From Octopus sinensis (Eukaryota): a stretch of 64,000 nt of DNA. A program made the position numbers and the translations under genes. Under the pieces are notes generated by a model. That model was not told the origin of the DNA. It worked only from the letters and a program-made list of their open reading frames with translations, and did not search any database. The stretch spans positions 25,854,001 to 25,918,000 of the forward strand of contig NC_043001.1 in assembly GCF_006345805.1 (NCBI RefSeq), given 5' to 3'. Below are positions 12,578 through 24,305 of the stretch, in pieces (position 1 is the first letter of the stretch; each line of letters opens with the position of its first letter).

Positions 12578-12902
12578 AGATTTAACTCAGCAGTCAGACA
12601 ATGATGCTGAATGTAATCGCAACTCTGACAGTCCTGTCTCAGAAAGAGGAAGATCCTGTTCAGGTGCAGACTTTAATCATGAGGACGAGATAGTTACTGC
12701 TGCAACACCTAGGATCCTTACTGAGAAACACATAAAGCTGCACACTGAGATAACAGTCTCTACTTTCAAGAAGAAGACATCTGATGGATTGCCACCTCCT
12801 CAGATCAATAATATACTGCCAGAACCATACGATGTTTTGATTGAAAATTCCACCCAAACTGATTTCACAGAGTCTGTCGATCAGAATATTCATCAACAAG
12901 CA
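12578..12902 (+). CDS. Probable low-complexity exon of the PLAT-domain gene (DLTQQSDNDAECNRNSDSPVSE...NIHQQA)
   Basis: Within ORF 12537-12920, acceptor CACTTTCTAG phase 2. The only phase-0 donor found that fits the next exon (GTTAAG at 12903) is weak, so the 3' boundary is uncertain. Confidence 0.55.
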
Positions 12903-13122
12903 GTTAAGTCGTTTTCGTAATCAAGTTCATTGTCATCATCATTTCAATGTTCAGTTTACTAGGCTTGCATTAACTTTGTCAATGTAGATTTATTATGGGT
13001 GGATACTTCTCTTGTTGCTAACCCTCACTTATTTCCAAGTAAGGTAATATTTCTCCTTGGTTGAACATGTTTTTGTGGAAGACCAGAAATGAGTTTATGA
13101 TGTTGACACTTGCTTATAACTA

Positions 13123-13688
13123 TTGGGTTGTCCGGAAAGTTCATGCCAATTTATAGTAGCTTACCTTTCGACTTATTTTAAAACATGGTTGAGTCCATAA
13201 AATAGGATTTTACTACACCTCCATTTAGAGCACAGTTTAAGCTATCTTTTCGTGGAAGAAGGTTTATGTTCCTATAACCTGTGTTAATTCTGTAACCCTT
13301 TAAAATGGAAGATAAGAAAGTTCCTTTTCGGCACTTGATGCTTTGGGAACCAGACAAAAATTGCTGCAGCTCGGCTGGGATGTGTTACCCCACCCTCCAT
13401 ATTCACCAGATATTGCTCCTTCGGATTTCCACTTATTCAGGTCTCTGCAGAATAGTCTTAATGGTAAAAATTTCAATTCCTTGGATGATGTAAAAAGATA
13501 CCCTAATGAATTCTTTGCCATGAAACCGCCTCAATTCTAGGAAGAGGGTATTTTCAAGTGAAAGGAAAGATGGAGACACATTGTGCAACAAAATGGTTCA
13601 TATGTAGTTGATTAAAAATGTAATGGCAAGTATTTATTGACCTTTTTCTTTCCTTTAAAAATCAGTATGAACTTTCCGGACAACCCAA
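13123..13688 (+). mobile_element. Internally deleted mariner transposon
   Basis: TIRs TTGGGTTGTCCGGAAAGTTCAT / ATGAACTTTCCGGACAACCCAA flanked by TA. The transposase start (MEDKKVPFRHLMLW) is fused to its C-terminus (HPPYSPDIAPSDFHLFRSLQNSL). Confidence 0.92.
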
Positions 13689-13742
13689 TATAATGTGATG
13701 TCAAGACAAGGAGACAGAAATACACATGCATAAATGTGCATG

Positions 13743-13773
<31 letters not shown>

Positions 13774-14156
13774 TGTTTCTTCCAATTTCTGATTACCAAA
13801 TCCATTCACAAGGCTTTAGTCTGCTATGGGGCTATAGCAGAAAACACTTTCTCAAGATGTCATGTAGTGGGACTGAACCCCAAAACTACATGGTCAGGAA
13901 GCAAACTTCTTAATCACACAACAATACCTGCACAAGTTATATTTATTAAAACGAATAAGAACAAATGTGAAATTTAGGTTTCAAATTTTGGCCTCAAGGG
14001 CAGCAATTTCGTGGGGAGGGAATAAGTCAATTATATCAACCCCAGCGCTCAACTGGTACTTACTTTATTGACCCCTGAAAAGATGAAAGGCAAAGTAGAT
14101 CCTGGCTTTATTTGACCTCAGAACATAAAGATGAATGAAATGCTACTAAGCATTTG

Positions 14157-14189
<33 letters not shown>

Positions 14190-14196
<7 letters not shown>

Positions 14197-14755
14197 GCCC
14201 TGATGCAGTACCAGGCAGTGGCTCTCATGGCTTCTGATCTTAACTGATTGGAAGTGTTATCATGTACATTGCTTTGTCTTGGTATAAAAGATGGGCTACA
14301 GCAAATATTCTGCTCAATACCACAGATTTGCTTGTCAGTTGTTTGACCTTAACCAGTTGAGCATGTCCCTTAGTGGCTGACGATATGTGCATCTCTGATC
14401 ACGAGCAGAAGTAGTGGGGGAGCATCATGGCCATGTGTTGAGAGGGATTCTTTGGGGTTTGAATAGTTCACCTCTGGAAACATGGGTGGTTCTTTCAACG
14501 TCCTTAAACAACCCTTATTCAGGGACCGTTTGAGCGGGATGGGCTACTCAACCTGAAGAAAATTCTAACTGGGCCCCACCTGCAAGGTCATGTGCTGTTT
14601 ATCTTGATATGAGATCACCATGTCGCGCACATATAGCTGTGATGCATGTGCCTGGTGTACCCTTATCAGACGAGTAGTCATGATGGGTATATTGGGCTTC
14701 GTATATTTTACCCCAGTGTCACTTTGATGGCATGAACTGCTCTCTCACTCAATGA
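14190..14755. mobile_element. Unclassified ~570-bp interspersed element (family D) embedded in (AAT)n
   Basis: Near-identical copy at 55727-56262; both copies are bounded on each side by AAT arrays. Confidence 0.8.
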
Positions 14756-14799
14756 TAATAATAATAATAATCATAATAATAATGATAATAATAATAATC

Positions 14800-15412
14800 A
14801 TAATGATGAAATTATTGTATACAGTGCTCAGGTGCACCACAATTTGTCAAAAGTGCATATAAAGTATATGCAGTAATGTACAAATGTCTGGGAAGTGAAC
14901 AGTGTATGAATCAGATACATGCTTGCATGTGTATGGAGGGGAGAAAATCAGGTGTAGTGTTGGTGAATATCAGGAAGCATGGAAGTTTTGAAGGATGCAG
15001 TGCTCAGACAACTGATGCCGGCAGTCTGTTCCATGCTTCAGCAACTCTTAGCATGAAAAAAAGTCAAGGGAGCTGTGGTGTTTTCTGACTTTGTAAACAT
15101 GTCCATGGGTGTTAGACAGGTGCTCAGAGTTATTGTTGGTAAGATGGTTAATAATTTTATGCCAGACGTCGGAGTTTCAATGTATGCATGCCCAGGGAAG
15201 TAAGGCATTCAGAATATGGCAAATGCCTGATGGAGGGTATTCTCTTGGTTGCACATTGCTGAACAGTTTCCGGATGATTAATATCCTGGGCAAGATAGGG
15301 GTTCCAGACTGGTGATGCAAATTCCAGGTGAGGCCGCACCATAGCTATATAAAACCTCAGATAGATAGCCGTCTGGCATGCTAATGCTTCTACCAGCTTG
15401 CCACTTTTCAAA
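14800..15412 (-). mobile_element. CR1/L2-type LINE 3' fragment
   Basis: ORF 15157-15411: FYIAMVRPHLEFASPVWNPYLAQDI...LKLRRL, followed by 3' UTR and (ATT)n tail. Related copies at 21325-21700(-) and 45290-45570(+). Confidence 0.88.
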
Positions 15413-15635
15413 TCTGTAATATAAATGAAAAGAAGGATACATAAGCTTTGTGCTTGTTGGGATGCAGTTCTTTTGAAGTTAGTTTATAGCTGCTTGTTTT
15501 CTCAGATATCCTACTAATCATAATAATTATGATCCACACAGCACTTTAGCTGCTCATTTATAATGCATGAAAAAAGCCATATCCATTTATTATGTGTGAC
15601 ATAGTTATGTTTTATTGTTTTTGTTTCTATCAAAG

Positions 15636-15818
15636 GTTAACAATGAAATAACATCTGGCTCAGTCACTAATTATAAAATTGTGGTAAAAACTGGTAATGA
15701 ATTAGGTGCTAGCACCAGAGCTCAAGTTAAAATAGTGTTATATGGAGATCTTGGAAGAACCAAATCTATAGATTTGCTTGAATCGAAGACAAACAAGATA
15801 AAATTTCAAAAAGGAAAG
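15636..15818 (+). CDS. PLAT/LH2 domain exon 1 (VNNEITSGSVTNYKIVVKTGNELGASTRAQVKIVLYGDLGRTKSIDLLESKTNKIKFQKGK)
   Basis: Typical PLAT N-terminal strands (Y-x-I-x-V-x-TG...A.V.I.LYG..G.T...L...KF.KG); AG/GT boundaries, 183 bp phase 0 to 0. Confidence 0.9.
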
Positions 15819-16084
15819 GTAAATATCTTTTTTTTTTCAAGTTAGTATGAAAAACTTAATTAATCATGTTGATCTATTTTCATTTAGTTATTGATTTTGG
15901 CTCTGAAAGTAATTAAAATACTAAATTCATTGTTTTAAGTCAGAAAAATGAAAGCTCTTCTGTTAGCATATTGACATATTTAAATTCCAAAAACTCATTT
16001 AATATTTTGTTTTTGGATTTGGCTTGCAAGGTTCTTTATGTGAGTTCGTGTGTTGAAGCATATTCTGTTGTGTCTTTGACCTGA

Positions 16085-16815
16085 CTGTGCTACCGATCGT
16101 CTTTACCGGTTCGAGAAAGGTTGTCAAGGCATGGTACTGACATCTCCCCCACATGTCTGAGGTGCGGGTATGCCTGTGAAACGGTTACGCACGCCTTCGT
16201 ACACTGTGAGGAGTTGAGGGAGTTGATGGCCTTTGCCGAACAGCTGTTGTCAGATGCGGAATGAGTATGACTCTCGTCCGAGTCCATGATAGAGATTGTA
16301 CCACCTTCCTCTTTCGCCAAAGAAAAGAAGGTAGCTTTTCTCTGCGTAGTAACCATACTGAAAGATGTGGTATGGAAGACGCGAGTAAAAGGGATTGCGA
16401 CAGGTCAATTCATCTCCGGACGTGGGCTGGGGAATTACTTTGCTGCCCATCTGTCCAGCAAGATCTGTCTGGAGAGGAGGAGCCTGCCACAAAGAACATT
16501 TGGAAAAAGATGGATGACAGTGGTAAGAAAGATGAGAATGTACGAGGCTGTGCTTGCACGGTCGGTCGGAGCATAAAAGGAAGGAAAAAGATTACCAAAA
16601 GGGATAACCAACCGGCGGATTAATTCACTAACCAGGAACCCAATTTCAATCCAATCATCATTTATATTTATATTTTTAACCCTCATTCACAATATATGTA
16701 AATCCATCCAGTTTTTCACACTGTATGTAAGAAGCGAGTTTGTACCCTGAATGTCCCTTGTCTGTCCTTGTAATGTCCCCTCTATGTAAAACCTTTATAG
16801 GTTAATTAAGAAATA
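16085..16815 (+). mobile_element. L1/Tx1-clade non-LTR retrotransposon 3' fragment
   Basis: Plus frame reads LPVRERLSRHGTDISPTCLRCGYACETVTHAFVHC (zf-RVT-type CCHC), then ORF 16286-16576 (VVWKTR...KICLERR...FGKRW), then a 3' UTR ending AATTAAGAAATA. Confidence 0.8.
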
Positions 16816-17224
16816 TCTTCCTTGTTGTCCTTATAATTTAACACACTCACCAGTAAAATTGCCACTTCTTTCTTATTTTCCTAAAATTGTCGTTGCGTCT
16901 TGCAACCTTTTCAATAGTCTTGACTCTGTCCATTATTTACACTGCATTCCCTTTTGTTTGTTTGTTTTGTTTTTTTTTCATTTAATATTTCTTAATTACT
17001 AACGATCAACTACTTCTTCAGTTCCTGTGCATTGATTCTAGTTGTGTTATGTGAAATTTAATCTTTGTTTTGAGCTGTTTTATAATGATAATGGATAGCA
17101 ATCTTTTCTATAATTTAAGTTTGTCTTAATCTCTCCAAATATATATTTCGCTCTAAAATGCTTGGTCAGCTTGGAATCCCTTCAGAAGCTTATTCACAAC
17201 AATTGTAGCTGTGATACCAGTGCC

Positions 17225-17678
17225 GGTGGCACGTAAAAAGCACCATCCGATTGTGGCCATTGCCAGCCTCATCTGGCACCTGTGCAGGTGGCACGTAAAA
17301 AGCACCATCCGATTGTGGCTGTTGCCAGCCTCGTCTGGCACCTGTGCAGGTGGCACGTAAAAAGCACCATCCAATTGTGGCCGTTGCCAGCCTCGTCTGG
17401 CACCTGTGCAGGTGGCACGTAAAAAGCACCATCCGATTGTGGCCGTTGCCAGCCTCGTCTGGCACCTGTGCAGGTGGCACGTAAAAAGCACCATCCGATT
17501 GTGGCCGTTGCCAGCCTCGTCTGGCACCTGTGCAGGTGGCACGTAAAAAGCACCATCCGATTGTGGCCGTTGCCAGCCTCGTCTGGCACCTGTGCAGGTG
17601 GCACGTAAAAAGCACCATCCAATTGTGGCCGTTGCCAGCCTCGTCTGGCACCTGTGCAGGTGGCACGTAAAAAGCACC
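17225..17678. repeat. 62-bp minisatellite, 7 full units + 1 partial, inside a family A element
   Basis: Unit GGTGGCACGTAAAAAGCACCATCCGATTGTGGCCGTTGCCAGCCTCGTCTGGCACCTGTGCA starts at 17225, 17287, 17349, 17411, 17473, 17535, 17597, 17659. Confidence 0.97.
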
Positions 17679-17889
17679 CACTACACTCACAGAGTGGTTG
17701 GTGTTAGGAAGGGCATCCAGCTGTAGAAACACTGCCAGATCAGACTGGGCTTGGCGCAGCCTTCTGGTTTCCCAGACCCCAGTTGAACTGTCCAACCCAT
17801 GCTAGCTTGGAAAACGGACGTTAAACGATGATGATGATGATGATGATGAAATAATATCTGAAGTTATATATTTTATTTTAATTTTTCAG

Positions 17890-17968
17890 GAGGATCATTT
17901 CTTTGTGGAGTTATTTTCTGTTGGTCATTTGGAAAAGATTCGCATTGGCCATGACCGTCCTGAGTTGC
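17890..17968 (+). CDS. PLAT/LH2 domain exon 2 (EDHFFVELFSVGHLEKIRIGHDRPEL)
   Basis: PLAT motif D.F.....vG.L.KI.IGHD; TTTTTCAG acceptor, GTAAGT donor, phase 0 to 1. Confidence 0.92.
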
Positions 17969-18289
17969 GTAAGTTGTTTTTATAGCCTAAGTGATTTCTT
18001 TTTTTATCCAATAAATCTATATTACAAAAGTAGCGGATGTCTTTGCTAAGCCTGTACTTCATAATCAATATGTCGTTATTATTAATTTCTTCTGGTTGGT
18101 TACATTATCTGCATGTTTATAGGAAAAAGAAAATAATTTATATAATGATATTCATATCTTACTTTTGTATGAAGTCAAAAGGCTTCAAACAGGAATCAAA
18201 ACTTAATTTTAGACTCTAATTACAAGACACTTGCCTCATTATAAATAATAATAATGATTGTATATCATTATTCCTCCTCCTCCTCCTCC

Positions 18290-19550
18290 TCATCATCATC
18301 ATCATCATTATCATCATCATCATAATCATCATCATCATTATCATCACCACCATCAGCATCAGCATCATCATGACCATCATCATTTAGTGTCTGCCTTTCA
18401 TGCTGGCATGGGTGGGACGGTTTGAGAGGAGCTGACCAGGCAGAAGCCTGCACCAGACTTCTGTGACTGATTGGGCAGGATTTTTTACAGCTGGACGGCC
18501 TTCCTAACACCAACCACCCAGCAGAGTGGACTTAGTACTTTTTACATGGCACAAACACAGGGTAGGTCAGTTTTGGCAAGGTTTTTATGGCTGGATGCCC
18601 TTCCAAATGCCAACCACTTTACAGTGTGGACTGGATGCTTTAAGTGACACCTGCACTGACAGGTTCACCAAATAATCTGCAAGACAAAAATCTTTTGAGT
18701 GGGGAGGGGCATTGGAGAAGGTGATCTTGTGTCAGATGATGAGTGGTTATAGTACGACAGAAAGACAGAAACAGGTGTCTTGCTGTAGAGGAGGCACAAG
18801 GTTACCCAGCTGGGGGAAAGAGGGAGAGAGAGAGAGAGAGAGATCAGGAATGAGGATAGAAACAGGTATGTTGCTGCAAAGGAGACACATGGTTACCTGA
18901 CCGGAGGGAAATGCAGAAGAAGGAGACAGAGAGAGTGGGAGACATCAGGATAGATATGGTGGCAGTGCTGGGTATACTTTCAGGGGATGGGGATCAGAAT
19001 ATAAATGGGATGGCTGAGTAAAGACAGAGAGAGATATATGTGGTGGCAAGTGCCAGGGCATACCCTTGAGGTTCGAAGGTCATAATATACTTAGCAGGAT
19101 ATTGCCAAAGAAGCATGATAAGAGAGTTGGGAGGCGAAGTGAATGGTGAAAATCTGGGTATATAGAGTGGGGGAGGGGACTACCAGATAGAATGATATAG
19201 AGAGATGGGATCATGAGGACAGGATTGGGGAGTGAGAGGTAGGCATAGTGCATGAAGGAGGAAATGTGAGGAAGAGAAGAGATTTAGAGATGTAGATTGG
19301 TTTGTTGGGGAAGGGTGTATGACAAGTTTTTTTGTTACATGTGGGTAGAATGTGCGGAGGATAGCAGCGAGACAGAGCCAAGATGTTACAGTGGGACAGG
19401 GCCAAGAGGACAGGATTGGAGAGTGGGAGGTAAGCATAGTGCACGAAGTGGAAATGTGAGGAAGAGAAGAGAGGTAGAGATGTAGTTTGGTTTGTTGTGG
19501 TAGGGTGTATGAGAAGATCTCTTGTTATGTGTGGGTGGGACACACAGCAC
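18290..19550 (-). mobile_element. Long variant of family A with duplicated internal module and purine-rich extension
   Basis: Clearly similar to 58575-59310 over several hundred bp; (GAT)n tail at the left end. Confidence 0.7.
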
Positions 19551-19579
19551 TTCTAGAAATCAGTTTCATTGATGTGGGC

Positions 19580-19980
19580 AGGTACTCTCCAGAACCTCAT
19601 ATTGCTTGACATCTTCACCATTGTCATTTCCTCTGTGAGGCCCAACATCCTGAGATCATTTCTTACCACTTCATCCCATTTCGTCCTGGGTATCCTTCTT
19701 CTGCAGGATACCATTCACTTTCAGTGATTGGCACTTCTTTATGCTGCTATCCTCATTCCTACACATCACATGGCCAGCCCAACATTGTCTCTCTTCTCTT
19801 GCAAATTACATTTGATTCCTCTTATGCCCAACTTTCTCTTAATACATTTGCACTTTATCCTACATGTGCACTAATATTACACATCCAACACAGCATACTG
19901 CCTTCATTTCTCTCCAGTCTATACATGTCTTCTGCATTCAGAGCTCATGTCTCACTACCATGTTACCCTTGGTCTAGCTG
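19580..19980 (-). mobile_element. RTE LINE 3' fragment, degraded
   Basis: Minus translation SETWALNAEDMYRLERNEGSMLCWMCNI...LREKLGIRGIKC, similar to 57120-57520. Confidence 0.7.
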
Positions 19981-20482
19981 AGACTCTACACCAACCACAG
20001 ATTTCATCTGTGGCCCTCGGTAAATTGTCTCACAGGAACTTTTAATTGTCCTCTATGCTATATGTTCCCAACTCTTCCTCTCTTTTGTCAGAAGCTTCCA
20101 TCAGGAAATCTCTAAATTTTTGTCTGTTTACTAGGTCTTTCAGCTTCCATAGTCTTCTTTTCCAGATTGATTTATTTTTCTGAGTCTTTCTGGCTCTTGG
20201 TATTTATTTGTAATATTTTACCAATCACCTTTTTTATAATTATGATATTACTCAAATTTCCAGAAGAATTTCATATTACAAATAACAAAAGTCATACAAC
20301 AAATGAACTTGTAAACTGTTATATTTGTCATTAATTTGAGACAGGAAAGAGAAAAAGTGAAACAGGCTCCATCATTGGGATTCTTGCTCTTTTCAGTATC
20401 TTATTACTACTTTTAATGTATAATGTTACTTTACAGTAAAAATCTTAACAGCTAATTCTTTCATAAATTCATTTGAATTTAA

Positions 20483-20708
20483 CCCTTTCATTACCAACCT
20501 GGCTGAAACCGGCTCTGGCCCTGGCTCTGAGTACAAATATCTTGTTTTCATAAGTTTTGAATTAAAATCTTCCACCAAACCTTACCCACAATTTATGTTC
20601 CTAACACTAGCTGAATGATAACTGAGTTATTTTACTAAATTCTTTGTTATATTTAAAGTAATTGAAAGAAACACAGAGCATCTCAAAATAAATACAGTAA
20701 TGAAAGGG
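20483..20708. mobile_element. piggyBac-type MITE
   Basis: TTAA-CCCTTTCATTAC ... GTAATGAAAGGG-TTAA. Confidence 0.88.
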
Positions 20709-20804
20709 TTAAAATGTAAATAGAATTCTTTACATTTATTAATCTTCCATGCCAAATAACCAATGGTATTACATTTTCTTATTTTTTTTCGTATGTACAT
20801 TTAG

Positions 20805-20954
20805 CATATGCTTGGTTCTTAGACCAAATAACTATATATGACCTTCAGCAGAAATGGACCTACGAATTTCCTTGTGCTCAATGGTTTTCTGGACAAGGTG
20901 GAGACAGAAAGACATACCGTGACCTACTTGGTCCCTACTGTTCTACTAGTGAAG
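20805..20954 (+). CDS. PLAT/LH2 domain exon 3 (YAWFLDQITIYDLQQKWTYEFPCAQWFSGQGGDRKTYRDLLGPYCSTSE)
   Basis: PLAT C-terminal motif W.Ld.I.I.D.....Y.FPC..W...D....R.L; AG/GT boundaries, phase 1 to 1. Confidence 0.92.
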
Positions 20955-23371
20955 GTGAGATCTATGAGGGCCTTTCTTGTAATACCATTTTAAAGTAGTT
21001 GTTTACTTATTTTATCTTTACAGCAGGTTATTTGTATATATAAAGTTGATTACTATTATATTCCTAAGTATCGTAGAGTTAAGGTGGACACTTGATGAAA
21101 TGAGTTTGTAGTTGAAGTTCAGTTTTCAGTTAAAGCAATTTCACTTATTGCTCTTGGCATCACAACTGCCACTCCATCCTTACCTGAACTTACTAGGAAC
21201 AAACATCTACAAACATATATCTCTGATCATAAAAGGTCAACCGATTGATTCTATTTATTATGCAACCAGAGGTCCTTGTTCTTTCTTCTGATTTTAATTA
21301 CTGCTTATAATATTATAATAATGAAATTATTGTACACAGTGCTCAGGTGCACCACAACTTGTCAAAAGTGCGTATAAAGCATATGCAGTAATGTACAAAT
21401 GTCTGGGAAATGAACAGTGTGTGAGCCAGATACATGCTTGCATGTGTATGGAGGGGAGAAAATCAGGTGTAGTGTTGGCAAATCTCAGGAAGCATGGAAG
21501 TTTTGAAGGATGCAGTGCTCCGACAACTAACAACTGATGCCGGCAGTTTGTTCCATACTTCAGCAACTCTTAGTGTGAAAAGATGTTTCCAAAAGTCATG
21601 AGAACTGTGCCGTTTTCTGACTTTGTAAACATGTCCATGGGTGTTAGACAGGTGGAGTTTGAAAAGGTGCTCAGAGTTATTATTAGTAAGATGCTTAATG
21701 TCTAAAAGTATAAAATTAAAATATATTCACACTATTTCTATAGATTTTTATATTTACTACACTATTTGTATTTTCCCATAGCTAGACTTTTTTTTTATGG
21801 AAGACAGGAAGCGATTAGCTTCACTTGTATGACGGTGATGCTCATTTACAACCGCCACACAATGTGTAGACAAGGCTACACATGACTCCCTCATATCACT
21901 GAAAGTTAAAATACCTGAAAGTCTCAGACAGGGGAGACAACTCGCCTCCAGTCCCATCCAGGAGTGATGGATAGTGATATTTACCATTTTTGTGGCTTAT
22001 CAACATCACATAACTGAACTAAACCAGGGACGAACTGAATCACTAACTAATGACTATATACAAATAGTATAAGAACCATTTGCTAGCATAACACGCCGAG
22101 GAATACATAAGATTGAATTCAATTATGAATTAAAAGTAGCTCTAGTGTTGTAAACATTATTGATCACACATAAATATATGTGTTTTTGCTTGTTCACTAG
22201 TTTACTGCAGTACAATGCTCTGGGCACAACTCCCTCATTGTACTGATGGACTTATGCAGTGACAAGTGACTGAGACCACTGGCGATATGCTGTGCTTGAG
22301 AAGACCTGTCAAGCTAAGTGAGATTGTAGTTGTGGATGTTGGCAGTGTTGTGTAACTGGCACATAAAAAGTACCCTTCAAACGTTGGGCAATATGCTGTG
22401 CTTGAAAGGCGGCGAGCTGGCAGAAACGTTTGCATGCCAGGCGAAATGTTTAGCGGTATTCCGTCTGTCTTTACGTTCTGAGTTCAAATTCCACCGAGGT
22501 CGACTTTGCCTTTCATCCTTTCGGGGTCGATAAATTAAGTACCAGTTACGCACTGGGGTCGATGTAATCGACTTAATCCATTTATCTGTCCTTGTTTGTC
22601 CTCTCTGTGTTTAGCCCCTTGTGGGTAGTAAAGAAATAGGTATTCTATCTGTCTTTACGCCCTGAGTTCAAATTCTACCAAGGTTGACTTTGCCTTTCAT
22701 TCTTTCGTACCGGTTGCATACTGGGGTCGATGCAATCGATTGCCCCTCCCCCCAAATTTCGGATCTTGTGCCTAGAGTAGAAACGAATATGTTGTGCTTG
22801 AGAAGACCTATCAAGCCAAGTGAAATTGTAGTTGTGATCGATGCCAGTGCCATCTTATTGGCACCTGTGCTGGTGGCATGTAGAAAGTACTGCTCAAGTG
22901 TTGGGCCTCACGGAGACAGTGACAAGTGACCAAGACCTTTGGCAATATACCATGCTTGAGAAGACTTGTCAAGCCAAATGAGATCATAGTCGTGGCCGAT
23001 GCTGGTGTCACATCAATGGCACCTGTGCCAGTAGCATGTAAAAAGCACCCACTACGCTCTTGGAGTAGTTAGCATTAGGAAGGGCATCCAGACCTAGAGA
23101 CCATACCAAATCGGATTGGAACCTCATGCAGCTTCCCAGCTTACCAGTTCTTAGTCAAACCGTTTAAGTCATGCCAACATGGACATTAAATGATGACGAT
23201 GATGATATATAACCATCAACATTGTTTGACGTCTGCTTTCCATGCTGGCATAGGCTGAATGGTTTGACATGGAGCAGACCAGCTGGGAGCTGTCCAGACA
23301 CCAGATGTTTGTAGTGGCATGGTTTCTACAGCTTGATGCCCTTCCTAACGCCAATATATATATATGTATAC

Positions 23372-23467
23372 ATATAAATTAGAGAAGAATCTCCATGAAG
23401 CAATTCAACACTGATATACTTAAATCATTGTTAAATTGCTTCATGGTGGTTCTTCTCTAATTTATAT
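23372..23467. repeat. ~96-bp near-perfect inverted repeat (hairpin)
   Basis: AAATTAGAGAAGAATCTCCATGAAGCAATT pairs with AATTGCTTCATGGTGGTTCTTCTCTAATTT with 2 mismatches; pairing continues imperfectly toward a short loop. Confidence 0.85.
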
Positions 23468-23550
23468 ACATGTATTATATATTGTGAAATTTGATTTAAT
23501 ATTACTAAATTGAATTTTTCCATGTAAGCTTGGAATCATATTCCCTAATA

Positions 23551-23641
<91 letters not shown>

Positions 23642-24305
23642 CTTCTTTCAGTTTGCATCTACCAAATCCACTCACAAGATTTTGGTCAGTGACGGGCTTA
23701 CGCAAAGTGCCATGTAGTGGGATTGTACTCAAGACCACATGGTTGGGAAGCAAGCTTGTAAACCAACCAGCCATGCTTGTGCCTATAAACAGATGCTAAA
23801 ATCTAAGCTACACTGATTTTCCTTTTATAGGATTTGTAAGATGTCAATTATTCTGTTTGGTTTAATATTCCAATTTTAAATCACTTATTTTTTTCTGCTT
23901 TTAGTTGCTGGATTATTGCCATGCTTGGTCATAAAGCTTCCTATAGATTAAGATCCAATAAATAATAGGGCAATGGAATGATTATTCTGTTGCTATTTTC
24001 AATAGACAAAGTATTATGACAAATAAGAACAAGAGCAAATAATAGAAATTATTCCCATATTTTGATAAGAAATTATACTATGATTATTTTCATGACACAC
24101 TGTGAAGTAGCTGGCATCAGGAAGGTTATTCAGCCATAGAAACTAAGCCAAAGTAGACACTGGAGCTCAATGAGGCCCTTCAATGCATCAGTTCCCATCC
24201 AAGTATTCAACCCATGCCAGAATGGAATGTGAAAGTTAAATGTTGATGATGATGAAAATTAAATATCAAAAATAAATATACTTTATTTTTGTTGTTTATT
24301 TACAG

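Noticed and set aside
16090-16356. Minus-strand ORF as a LINE ORF1
   Set aside because: The plus strand carries the recognisable CCHC zinc-finger of an L1/Tx1 ORF2; the minus ORF is its shadow.
17225-17678. CRISPR-like array or repeat-protein ORFs (17153-17677, 17190-17795, 17269-17622)
   Set aside because: Units are contiguous with no unique spacers; the 62-bp period (not a multiple of 3) explains the same peptides appearing in three frames; eukaryotic SINE context.
15636-20954. Naming the PLAT gene LOXHD1, RP1, PKD1-like or DENND5
   Set aside because: Only one PLAT domain is visible and the flanking domains that define those genes are not seen in the window.
21750-22200. Moderately GC-rich unique-looking segment as an LTR or exon
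   Set aside because: No TG...CA ends with TSD, no second copy and no phase-compatible splice sites.
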